Shown here piece by piece: positions 1 to 12,900 of a stretch of DNA of 64,000 nt. Every line of letters begins with the position of its first letter. The first letter of the stretch is position 1. Made by a program: the position numbers and the translations under genes. Below the pieces are notes generated by a model. The model saw nothing but the letters and a program-made list of their open reading frames with translations, was not told where the DNA came from and ran no database searches. The stretch comes from the human T2T-CHM13v2.0 reference genome, Homo sapiens, in the NCBI RefSeq assembly GCF_009914755.1, contig NC_060940.1; one strand, 5' to 3'.

Positions 1-3000
1 ATTCCACTCGATTCCATTTGATGATTATTCCATTGGAGTCCACTTAGTGAATCCTTTAGATTCTACTCGAAGATGATTCCATTCGAGTCCATTCGATGAT
101 ACCATTCAATTCCATTCGTTGATGCTTCCATTCAAGTGCATTCGATGATATCATTCGATTCCATTTGATGATAATTCCATTTGATTCCATGCGATGATTC
201 TATTCGATTCCATTCAATGATAATTCCATTCAATTCAGTGATTCCTCTGGACTCCATTTGATGATGATTCCATTCAATGATTCCATTCGATTCTATTCGA
301 AAATGATTCCATTTGAATCCATTTGATGATGATTCCATTAGATTCCATTTGATGATTCCATTCGATTCCATTTGACGATGATTCCATTCGATTCCATTTG
401 ATGATTCCATTCTATTCTATTCGATGATGATTCCATTCGATTCCATTTGATGATGATTGGATTCGATTCCATTTGATGATTTCATTTGATTCCATTCGTT
501 AATGATTTCGATCAACTCCATTCGATGATTCCATTTGATTCCATTCGATAATGATTACATCCGAGTCCATTCGATGATTCCATTTGAGCCCGTTCGATAA
601 TTCCATTTGAGTCCAATCAATGATTCCATTCATTTCCATTCAATGATTCCATTCGAGTCCATTTGATCATTCTGGTAGGGTCCGTTCGATGTTGATTCCA
701 TTGGAGTGCATTCGATGATTCCATTCGAGTCCATTTTATGATTTGATTCGAGTCCTTTCGATGATTCCATTCGATTCCACTCGATGATGATTTCATTCGA
801 GTCCATTCGACACTTCCAATCGATTCCATTTGATGTTTCCATTCGAGTCCAATTGATGATTCCATTCAATTCCATTCGATGATGATTCCGTACGATTCCA
901 TTCTGTGATGATTCCATGTGATTGCATTCAATGATGATTCCTTTCGATTGCATTCGATTATGATTCATTTCGTGTTCATTCTATGGTTCCACAGGTTTCC
1001 ATTCGATGACGTTTCCGTTCGTGTCCATTCCATTATTCCATTCTATTTCATTTGATGATGATTCCATTCGATTCCATTCATTGGTGATTCCACTCAATTC
1101 CATTCAATGATTCCATTCCATTTCTTTCAACAATGATTCCCTTAGTTTCTATTCGATGATCCACTTGATTCCATTTGGCGATGATTCCATTCGTGTCCAT
1201 TCGATGATTCCATTTGATTCCATATGATGATGATTCCATTCGATTCCATATCATGATGATTCCATTCGACTCCATTCAATGGTGATTCCATTCAATTCCA
1301 TTCGATGATTCCTTCCGATTCCATTCGATGATGATGGCATTCGATTCCTTTCAATCATTCCCTTTGATTCCACTCAAAGGTGATTTCATTCAAGTCCATT
1401 CGATAATTGCATTCGATTCCATTCTATGATGATTCCATTCGAGTCCATTTGATGATTCCATTCAATTCAAGTCAATGATGATTCCATTCGATTCCACTCG
1501 ATGATTCCATTGGATTCCATTCGATGATGATTCCATTCAAATCCATTCGATAATTCAATTCAAGTCCATTCGATGATGATTCCAATCGAATCCATTCAAA
1601 GATTCCATTCAATTCCATTCGATGATGATTCCCTTAGATTCCATTCGATGATTCCACTTGATTCCATTTACGATGATTCCATTCGATTCCATGTGATGAA
1701 TCCATTCAATTCTATTCAATGATGTTTCCATTTGATTCCATTGGACCATGATTGCCTTTGATTCCATTCAATGATTCCATTCGGTTCCATTTGATGATGA
1801 TTCCGTTCGATTCCATTTCATTATTCCATTTGATTCCATTGGATGAGTCCATTCGATTACATTCGATGATTATTCCATTCGAGTGCATTAGATGATTGCA
1901 TTCGAGTCCATTCGATGATTCCATTCGATTCCATTCGATGTTGATTCTGTTCAAATCCATTCGATGATTCCACTCGATTCCATTCGATGACTCCATTTGA
2001 TCCCATTCGATGATTTCCTGTGATTCCCTTTGATGATCATTCTATTTGATTCAATTCGGTGATTTCATTTCATTCCATTCAGTGATGTTTCCATTCGACT
2101 GTATTCGATGATGATTCCATTCGACTCCATTCGATTATGATTTCATTCAATTCCATTCAATAATGATTCCCTTCGAGTCCATTCGATGATTCCATTCGAT
2201 TCCATTCAACGATGATTTGATTCGTTTCCATTCGATGATTCCATTTGATTCCACTTGATGATGATTCCATTCGAGTCCATTTGATGATTCCATTCGAGTC
2301 TATTTATGTATTATATTCGTGTCCACTTCATGATTCCATTCAATTCCATTTAATGTTGATTCCATTTGATTCCATTTGATGATTCAGTTCGATTCCTTGC
2401 AATGATTCCCTACGATTCCTTTCTATGATGATTCCATTCGATTCCATTCATTGATGATTTCATTCGACTCCATTCGATGATGATTCCTTACGTTTCCATT
2501 TGACGATGTTTCCCTTCGAGTCCATTCGATGATGATTCTATTCAATTCTGTTCTATTATGATTCCATTCGATTTCATTCAATGCTTCTATTTGATTCCAT
2601 TCGATGATGATTCCATCTCTTTCCCTTCGATGATTCCATTTGATTCCATTCAGTGATGATTCCATTTGATTCCATCTGATGATGATTTCACTTGATTCCT
2701 TTCAATGATGATTCAATTCAAGCCCATTCAATGATTCCATTGGAGTCCAAACGATCATTCCGTTCGATTCCATTCAATGGTGATTCCATTCATGTCCATT
2801 CGATGAATCCATTCAATTCCATTCGATGATGACTCCATTCGAGTACATTCGATGATTCCATTTGATTCCATTTGAAGATGATTCCATTCAATTCCATTCG
2901 AAGATGATTCCATTCAATTCCATTCGATGATGATTCCGTATGAATCCATTCTCTGATTATTCCATTCGATTCCATTCATTGACGATTCCATTCAATTCCA

Positions 3001-4130
3001 TTCAATGATGATTCTCTTCTATTCCATTCGATGATTCCGGTCGATTCCATTCGATGATGATTCCATTAGATTCCATTCGATTGTTGCATTCGATTCCCTT
3101 CGATGATGATTCCTTTGAATTCCATTCGATTATCATTCCGTATGAATCCATTTGATGATTATTCCATTGGATTCCTTTCGATGATGATTCCATTCGATTC
3201 CATTTGATGATGTTTCTCTTGTATTCCATTGGATAATTCCTTTCAGTTCCCTTCGATGATTATTCTTTCGAGTCAATTCGATGATTCTATTCCATTCCCT
3301 TCGATGATGATTCCATTTCACTCCATTTGATGATTCCATTCGACTCAATTTGGTGATGATTCAATTCGATGACATTCGATGACTCCATTCAATTTCATTT
3401 GATGATGATTACATTCGAGTCCATTTGATGATTGTATTCCTTTCCTTTTGATGATTATTCCATTCGTGTCTATTCAAAGATTCCATTCTATTCCATTCAA
3501 TGATGATTGCATTTGATTCCATTCAATGATTATGGCTATCGATTCCACTCGTTGATTCCATTTGATTCCGTTCGATGATTATTCCGTTAGATTCCATTAG
3601 AAGATTCCATTCGATTTTATTCAATGATTCCAATGGATTCCATTCAATGATGATTCCATTCGACTCCATTCAGTGATTCCATTCGAGTCCATTTGATGAT
3701 TCCATTCTTTTCCATTTGATGATGATTCCATTAGGGTCCATTCAATGATTCCATTCGAGTCCATTCGTTAATGCCTTTCGAGTCCTTTTGATCACTACAT
3801 TCGAGTCCATTCAATGATTCTATTCGATTCCATTCCATGATGATTCCATTCGAGTTCATTCGATGATTGCATTCGAGTCCATTTGATGATTCCATAGGAT
3901 TCCCTTCGACAATGATTCCATTCGTGTCCATTTGATGATTCCATTCATTTCCTATCGATGAAGATTCCATTCAAGTGTATTCGATGATTCCATTCAAATC
4001 CATTCGATGATGATTCCATTCCAGTCCATTCGATCATTCCACTTGATTCCATTTGATGACTATTGCATTCAAATCCATTTGATGATTCCATTCGATTCCA
4101 TTCGATGTTACCATTCGAGTATATACGATG
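1..4130 (+). repeat. HSat2 macro-unit type A, copy 1 (4,130 bp)
   Basis: The landmark at 1 recurs at 4131, and the ORF anchor moves 132->4262 (4130). It carries an A-specific second half beginning 'gagtctatttatgtattatattcgtgtccac' near 2296. Confidence 0.9.
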
Positions 4131-7100
4131 ATTCCACTCGATTCCATTTGATGATTATTCCATTGGAGTCCACTTAGTGAATCCTTTAGATTCTACTGGA
4201 AGATGATTCCATTCGAGTCCATTCGATGATACCATTCAATTCCATTCGTTGATGCTTCCATTCAAGTGCATTCGATGATATCATTCGATTCCATTTGATG
4301 ATAATTCCATTTGATTCCATGCGATGATTCTATTCGATTCCATTCAATGATAATTCCATTCAATTCAGTGATTCCTCTGGACTCCATTTGATGATGATTC
4401 CATTCAATGATTCCATTCGATTCTATTCGAAAATGATTCCATTTGAATCCATTTGATGATGATTCCATTGGATTCCATTTGATGATTCCATTCGATTCCA
4501 TTCGATGATGATTCCATTCGATTCCATTTGATGATTCCATTCTATTGCATTCGATCATGATTCCATTCGATTCCATTCGATGATGATTGGATTCGATTCC
4601 ATTTGATTCCATTCGATAATGATTTCGATCAATTCCATTCGATGATTCCATTCGATTCCATTCGATAATGATTACATCCGAGTCCATTCGATGATTCCAT
4701 TTGAGCCCGTTCGATAATTCCATTTGAGTCCAATCAATGATTCCATTCATTTCCATTCAATGATTCCATTCGAGTCCATTTGATCATTCCGGTAGGGTCC
4801 GTTCGATGTTGATTCCATTGGAGTGCATTCGATGATTCCATTCGAGTCCATTTTAGGATTTGATTCGAGTCCTTTCGATGATTCCATTCGATTCCACTCG
4901 ATGATTTCATTCGAGTCCATTCGACACTTCCAATCGATTCCATTTGATGTTTCCATTCGATTCCAATTGATGATTCCATTCAATTCCATTCGATGATGAT
5001 TCCGTACGATTCCATTCTGTGATGATTCCATGTGATTGCATTCAATGATGATTCCTTTCGATTGCATTCGATTATGATTCATTTCGTGTTCATTCTATGG
5101 TTCCACAGGTTTCCATTCGATGATGTTTCCATTCGTGTCCATTCCATTATTCCATTCTATTCCATTTGAAGATGATTCCATTCGATTCCATTCATTGGTG
5201 ATTCCACTCAATTCCATTCAATGATTCCATTCCATTTCTTTCAACAATGATTCCATTAGTTTCTATTCGATGATCCACTTGATTCCATTTGACGATGATT
5301 CCATTCGTGTCCATTCGATGATTCCATTTGATTCCATATGATGATGATTCCATTCGATTCCACACGATGATGATTCCATTCGAGTCCATTCAATGGTGAT
5401 TCCATTCAATTCCATTCGATGATTCCTTTCGATTCCATTCAATGATGATGGCATTCGATTCCTTTCGATCATTCCCTTTGATTCCATTCAAAGGTGATTT
5501 CATTCAAGTCCATTCGATAATTGCATTCGAAACCATTCTATGATGATTCCATTCGAGTCCATTTGATGATTCCATTCAATTCAAGTCAATGATGATTCCA
5601 TTCGATTCCACTCGATGATTCCATTGGATTCCATTCGATGATGATTCCATTCAAATCCATTCGATAATTCAATTCAAGTCCATTCGATGATGATTCCAAT
5701 CGAATCCATTCAAAGATTCCACTCAATTCCATTCGATGATGATTCCCTTAGATTCCATTCGATGATTCCACTTGATTCCATTTACGATGATTCCATTCGA
5801 TTCCATGTGATGATTCCATTCAATTCTATTCAATGATGTTTCCACTTGATTCCATTCGAACATGATTGCCTTTGATTCCATTCAATGATTCCATACGGTT
5901 CCATTTGATGATGATTCCATTCGAGTGCATTAGATGATTCCATTCGAGTCCATTCGATGATTCCATTCGATTCCATTCGATGTTGATTCCGTTCAAATCC
6001 ATTCGATGATTCCACTCGATTCCATTCGATGACTCCATTTGATCCCATTCGATGATTTCCTTTGATTCCCTTTGATGATCATTCCATTTGATTCAATTCG
6101 GTGATTTCATTTGATTCCATTCAGTGATGTTTCCATTCAACTCCTTTCGATGATGATTCCATTCGACTCCATTCGATTATGATTTCATTCAATTCCATTC
6201 GATAATGATTCCCTTCAAGTCCATTCGATGATTCCATTCGATTCCATTCAACGATGATTTGATTCGTGTCCATTCGATGATTCCATTTGATTCCATTTGA
6301 TGATGATTCCATTCGAGTCCCTTTGATGATTCCATTCAATTCCATTCTCCGATGATTTCTTTTGAGCCCATTCAATGCTTCCACTCGATTCCATATGATG
6401 ATGAATCCATTTGATGAAATTCCATGATGATTCCATTCGCTTGCATTCGATGATGATTCCACTTGAGTCCGTTAGAAGATTCTATTCAATTACATTCCAT
6501 GACGATTCTGTTCGAGTCCATTTGATGATTCCATTAGACTCCATTCGACGATGATTCCATTCGATGTTATTCGATGATGATTCCATTCAACTCCATTCGA
6601 TGTTTCCATTCGAGTTCATTCTATTATTCCATTAGATTCCATTCGATGATGATTCCATTCGATTCCATTTGATGATTGCATTCTATTTCATTTGATGATG
6701 ATTCCATTCGAGTCCATTCGATGATTCCATTCGAGTCCATTTAATGAATCCATTGGTTTCAATTCTATGATGATTACATTGGATTCCATACGTGGATGAT
6801 TTCATTCGATTCCATTCAATGATGATTCCATTCAATTCCATTCAATGATTCCATTCAATTCCATACGATGATGATTCCATTTGATTTGATTCGACAGTGA
6901 GCCATTCGATTCAATTCCATGATGATTCTATTTTATTCAATTGGTTGACATTTCCATTCGATTCCATTCGATGATGATTCCATTTGATTCCATTCAAAGA
7001 TGATTCCATTCTAGCCCATTCAATCATTCCATTCGATTCTATTCAATGATGATTCCATTCATGTCGATTTGGTGATTCCATTTGACTTCATTTGATGATG

Positions 7101-9970
7101 ATTCCTTTCAAGTTCATTAGATGATTCCATTCGATTCCATTTGATGATGATCCCATTCGAGTCCATTCAGTGATTCCACTCGTTTCCATTCCATGATGAT
7201 TCCATTCCTTTCCATTCAATGATTCCATTCGATTCCGTTTGATGATGATTTCATTCGAGTCCATTTGATGATTCCATTTGATTCCATTCGATGATGATTA
7301 CATTCGAGTCCATACGATGATTCCACTCAATTCCATATGATGATGATTCCATTCGATTCCATTCGATGATTCCATTCTATTCTATTCAATGGTGATTCCA
7401 TTCGAGTACATTAGATGATTCCATTCGATTCCATTCAATGATGATTCTATTTGTGTCCCTTAGATGGTTCCACATGATTCCATTTCATGATGATACTATT
7501 TGAGCCCATCCAATGATTCCCTTCGATTCCATTCGATGAGGATTCCATTCGATTCAATTCATTGGTGATTCTATTCAATTCAATTCTTTGATTCCATTCC
7601 ATTCCATTCGACAATGATTCCATTCGATTTCTTTCGATGATTCCACTCGATTCCACTTGACATTGATTCCATTCGATTCCATTCAATGATTCCGTTTGAT
7701 TCCAGTGGATGATGATTGCCATCGATTCCATTCGATCACTCCATTCTATTCCATTTGATGATGATTACATTCGATTCCATTTGATGATTCCATCTGATTC
7801 TATTCGAGGATTCCATTTGATTCCATTCGATGATGATTCCATTCGAGTGCATTCGATGATTTCATTCGAGTACATCCAATGATTCCATTCGAGTCCATTT
7901 GATGATTCCATTTGATTCCATTTGATTATGATTCTACTAGAGTCCATTCAATGACTCCATTCGAATCCATTCAACAATTCCATTCGAGGCCATTCGATGA
8001 TTCCATTTCATGATTCCATTCGAGTCCATTTAATCATTACAGTCGAGGCCATTTGGTGATTCCACTGGATTTCTTTTGATAATGATACCATTCAATTACA
8101 TTTGATGATGATCCCATCCAATTTCATTTGATGGTGATTCCATTAGAGTCCATTCGATGATTTCATTCGAGTCCCTTCATTGATTCCATCCGATTTCATT
8201 TGATGATGACTCCATTCGAGTCCATTCGATGATTCCACTCGATTCCATTAGATGATTCCATTGGAGTCCATTTGATTGTTCCATTCGATTCTATTCGATT
8301 CCTTTCGAAGATTATTCCGTTTGAGTCCATTCGATGATGATTCCATTCCATTCCATTCGATGATTCCGTTTGATTCCATTCGATGATTCCCTTCGATTCC
8401 TTTCTTTGATGATTCCATTCCATTCCATTCAATGATTCCATTCGAATCTATTCCATGATGATTCCTTTCGATTCCATTCGCTGATGTTTCCGTTCAATTC
8501 CATTCGATGATGATTCCATTCGATTCCATTCATTGAGGATTCCATTGGATTCCATTCAATGATGATTCCATTCTATTCCATTCAATGATTGCATTCAATT
8601 CCATTCAATGATTATCCCCTGAGAGTAAACTCAACGATTCCATTCAATACCATTCGATGATGATTCCTTTTGAGTCCATTCAATGATTTCATTCAAGTCC
8701 ATTTGATGATTCCTTTCAATTCCATTCTATGATGATTCCATTCGAGTCCATTCGATGATTCCATTCGATTGCATTCGATGATTCCATTATATTCCAGTCA
8801 ACGATGATTCCATTCGAGTCCATTCGATGATTCCATTAGAGTACATTTAATGATTGCTTTGTTTTCAATTCGAAGATGATTACATTGGATTCCATTCTAT
8901 GATACCATTCGATTCCATTCAATGATGATTCCACTCAAATCCATTGGATGATTCCATTCGTGTCCATTCGGTGATTTCATTAGATTCCATTCGAGGATGA
9001 TTCCATTCGATTCCATTCGATGATTCCATTCAATTCCATTCGATGATGATTCCATTCCAGTCCATATGATCATTCCATTTGATTTCATTCGATGATGATT
9101 CCATTCGATTCCATTCGATGATTCCATTCTATTCCATTCGATGATGATTCCATTCGAGTCCATTCGATGATTCCATTCGAGTCCATTTAATGATTCCATT
9201 GGGTTCAATTCAATGATGATTACATTGGATTCCGTTCTATGATTCCATTCAATTCCGTTCATTGACAATTTGATTCCATTCGATGATGATTCCATTTGAG
9301 TTCATTCGATGATTCTATTCGATTCTCTTCGATGGTGATTCAATTCTATTATATTGGATGATTCCATTCGATTCCATTTGATGTTGATTCAATTCGATTC
9401 TATTCGATGATGATTCCATTGGATTTCACTTGATGATTCTATTCGATTCCATTCAATGATGATTCACTTCTCGTCCATTGGATGATTCCATTTCATTCCA
9501 TTCGATGATGATTCCATTCGATTCCATTCGATGATTCCATTTGATTCCATGCGTCGGTGAGCAATTCGATTCAATTCCATGATGATTCTATTTGATTCAA
9601 TTAGATGATGTTTCCATTCGAATCCATTCCATGATTATTCCATTGGAATCCATTTGGCGATGATTCCATATGAGTCAATTCAATGATGATTCCATATGGG
9701 TCCGTTCGATGATAATTCCATTTGATTTCATTCGATGCTTCTATTCTATTCCAGTCGATGATGATTCTGTTGGAGTCCATACGATGATTCCATTTGATTT
9801 CATTTGATGATGATTCCATTCGATGATGATTACATTGGATTCCATTCTATGATTCCATTCAATTCCATTCGTTGATGATTCGATTCCATTCAATGATGAT
9901 TCCATTTGAGTTCATTCGATGATTCTATTCGATTCCGTTCGATGGTGATTCAATTCTATTATATTGGATG
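4131..9970 (+). repeat. HSat2 macro-unit type B (5,840 bp), indel variant of the ~6.1-kb unit
   Basis: Anchor 4262->10102. Collinear with unit C apart from indels of 13, 3, 16, 3, 72, 23, 170, 10 and 49 bp, which account for the 321-bp difference. Confidence 0.9.
9593..9603 (-). promoter_or_regulatory. Perfect DUX4 consensus match TAATTGAATCA (putative site); recurs at 15754, 25087, 27342, 29597, 31852, 38013, 47346, 49601, 51856, 54111, 56366, 58621, 60876
   Basis: + strand 'tgattcaatta' is the reverse complement of TAATTGAATCA, which fits the DUX4 consensus TAAYYBAATCA. DUX4 binding and activation of HSATII is established, but occupancy of these particular copies is not shown. Confidence 0.55.
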
Positions 9971-12900
9971 ATTCCACTCGATTCCATTTGATGATTATTC
10001 CATTGGAGTCCACTTAGTGAATCCTTTAGATTCTACTCGAAGATGATTCCATTCGAGTCCATTCGATGATACAATTCAATTCCATTCGTTGATGCTTCCA
10101 TTCAAGTGCATTCGATGATATCATTCGATTCCATTTGATGATAATTCCATTTGATTCCATGCGATGATTCTATTCGATTCCATTCAATGATAATTCCATT
10201 CAATTCAGTGATTCCTCTGGACTCCATTTGATGATGATTCCATTCAATGATTCCATTCGATTCTATTCCAAAATGATTCCATTTGAATCCATTTGATGAT
10301 GATTCCATTAGATTCCATTTGATGATTCCATTCGATTCCATTTGACGATGATTCCATTCGATTCCATTTGATGATTCCATTCTATTCTATTCGATGATGA
10401 TTCCATTCGATTCCATTCGATGATGATTGGATTCGATTCCATTTGATGATTTCATTTGATTCCATTCGTTAATGATTTCGATCAATTCCATTCGATGATT
10501 CCATTCGATTCCATTCGATAATGATTACATCCGAGTCCATTCGGTGATTCCATTTGAGCCTGTTCGATAATTCCATTTGAGTCCAACCAATGATTCCATT
10601 CATTTCCATTCAATGATTCCATTCGAGTCCATTTGATCATTCCGGTAGGGTCCGTTCGATGTTGATTCCATTGGAGTGCATTCGATGATTCCATTCGAGT
10701 CCATTTTATGATTTGATTCGAGTCCTTTCGATGATTCCATTCGATTCCACTCGATGATGATTTCATTCGAGTCCATTCGACACTTCCAATCGATTCCACT
10801 TGATGTTTCCATTCGAGTCCAATTGATGATTCCATTCAATTCCATTTGATGATGATTCCGTACGATTCCATTCTGTGATGATTCCATGTGATTGCATTCA
10901 ATGATGATTCCTTTCGATTGCATTCGATTATGATTCATTTCGTGTTCATTCTATGGTTCCACAGGTTTCCATTCGTGTCCATTCCATTATTCCATTCTAT
11001 TCCATTTGATGATGATTCCATTCGATTCCATTCATTGGTGATTCCACTCAATTCCATTCAATGATTCCATTCCATTTCTTTCAACAATGATTCCATTAGT
11101 TTCTAATCGATGATCCACTTGATTCCATTTGATGACGATTCCATTCTCGTCCATTCGATGATTCCATTTGATTCCATATGATGATGATTCCATTCGATTC
11201 CATACGATGATGATTCCATTCGAGTCCATTCAATGGTGATTCCATTCAATTCCATTCGATGATTCCTTTTGATTCCATTCGATGATGATGGCATTCGATT
11301 CCTTTCAATCATTCCCTTTGATTCCATTCAAAGGTGATTTCATTCAAGTCCATTCGATAATTGCATTCGATTCCATTCTATGATGATTCCATTCGAGTCC
11401 ATTTGATGATTCCATTCAATTCAAGTCAATGATGATTCCATTCGATTCCATTCGATGATTCCATTGGATTCCATTCGATGATGATTCCATTCAAATCCAT
11501 TCGATAATTCAATTCAAGTCCATTCGATGATGATTAAAATCGAATCCATTCAAAGATTCCATTCAGTTCCATTCGATGATTCCCTTAGATTCCATTCGAT
11601 GATTCCACTTGATTGCATTTACGATGATTCCATTCGATTCCATGTGATGATTCCATTCAATTCTATTCAATGCTGTTTCCATTTGATTCCATTCGACCAT
11701 GATTGCCTTTGATTCCATTCAATGACTCCATTCGGTTCCTTTTGATGATGATTCCGTTCGATTCCATTTCATTATTCCATTTGATTCCATTGGATGAGTC
11801 CATTCGATTACATTCGATGATTATTCCATTCGAGTGCATTAGATGATTCCATTCGAGTCCATTCGATGATTCCATTCGATTCCATTCGATGTTGATTCTG
11901 TTCAAATCCATTCGATGATTCCACTCGATTCCATTCGATGACTCCAGTTGATCCCATTCGATGATTTCCTTTGATTCCCTTTGATGATCATTCCATTTGA
12001 TTCAATTCGGTGATTTCATTTGATTCCATTCAGTGATGTTTCCATTCGACTCCATTCGATGATGATTCCATTCGACTCCATTCGATTATGATTTCATTCA
12101 ATTCCATTCGATAATGATTCCCTTCGAGTCCATTCGATGATTCCATTCGATTCCATTCAACGATGATTTGATTCGTGTCCATTCGATGATTCCATTTGAT
12201 TCCACTTGATGATGATTCCATTCGAGTCCATTTGATGATTCCATTCAATTCCATTCTCCGATGATTTCTTTTGAGCCCACTCAATGCTTCCACTCGATTC
12301 CATATGATGATGACTCCATTCGATGAAATTCGATGATGATTCCATTCGCTTGCATTCGATGATGATTCCACTTGAGTCCATTAGAAGATTCTATTCAATT
12401 ACATTCCATGACGATTCCGTTCGAGTCCATTTGATGATTCCATTAGACTCCATTCGACGATGATTCCATTCGATGTTATTCGATGATTCCATTCGATCTC
12501 ATTCGATGATGATTCCATTCAACTCCATTCGATGTTTCCATTCGAGTTCATTCTATTATTCCATTAGATTCCATTCGATGATGATTCCATTCGATTCCAT
12601 TTGATGATTGCATTCTATTTCATTTGATGATGATTCCATTCGAGTCCACTCAATGATTCCATTCGAGTCCATTTAATGAATCCATTGGTTTCAATTCTAT
12701 GATGATTACATTGGATTCCATTCGTTGATGATTTCATTCGGTTCCATTCAATGATGATTCCATTCAATTCCTTTCAATGTTTCCATTCAATTCCATACGA
12801 TGATGATTCCATTTGATTTGATTCGACAGTGAGCCATTCGATTCAATTCCATGATGATTCTATTTGATTCAATTGGTTGACATTTCCATTCGATTCCATT

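Noticed and set aside
11527-11712. Plus-strand 61-aa ORF (duplicated at 33786-33971)
   Set aside because: A chance open frame in unit C. It is absent from homologous positions in A and B and is repeated only because of the 22.3-kb duplication.
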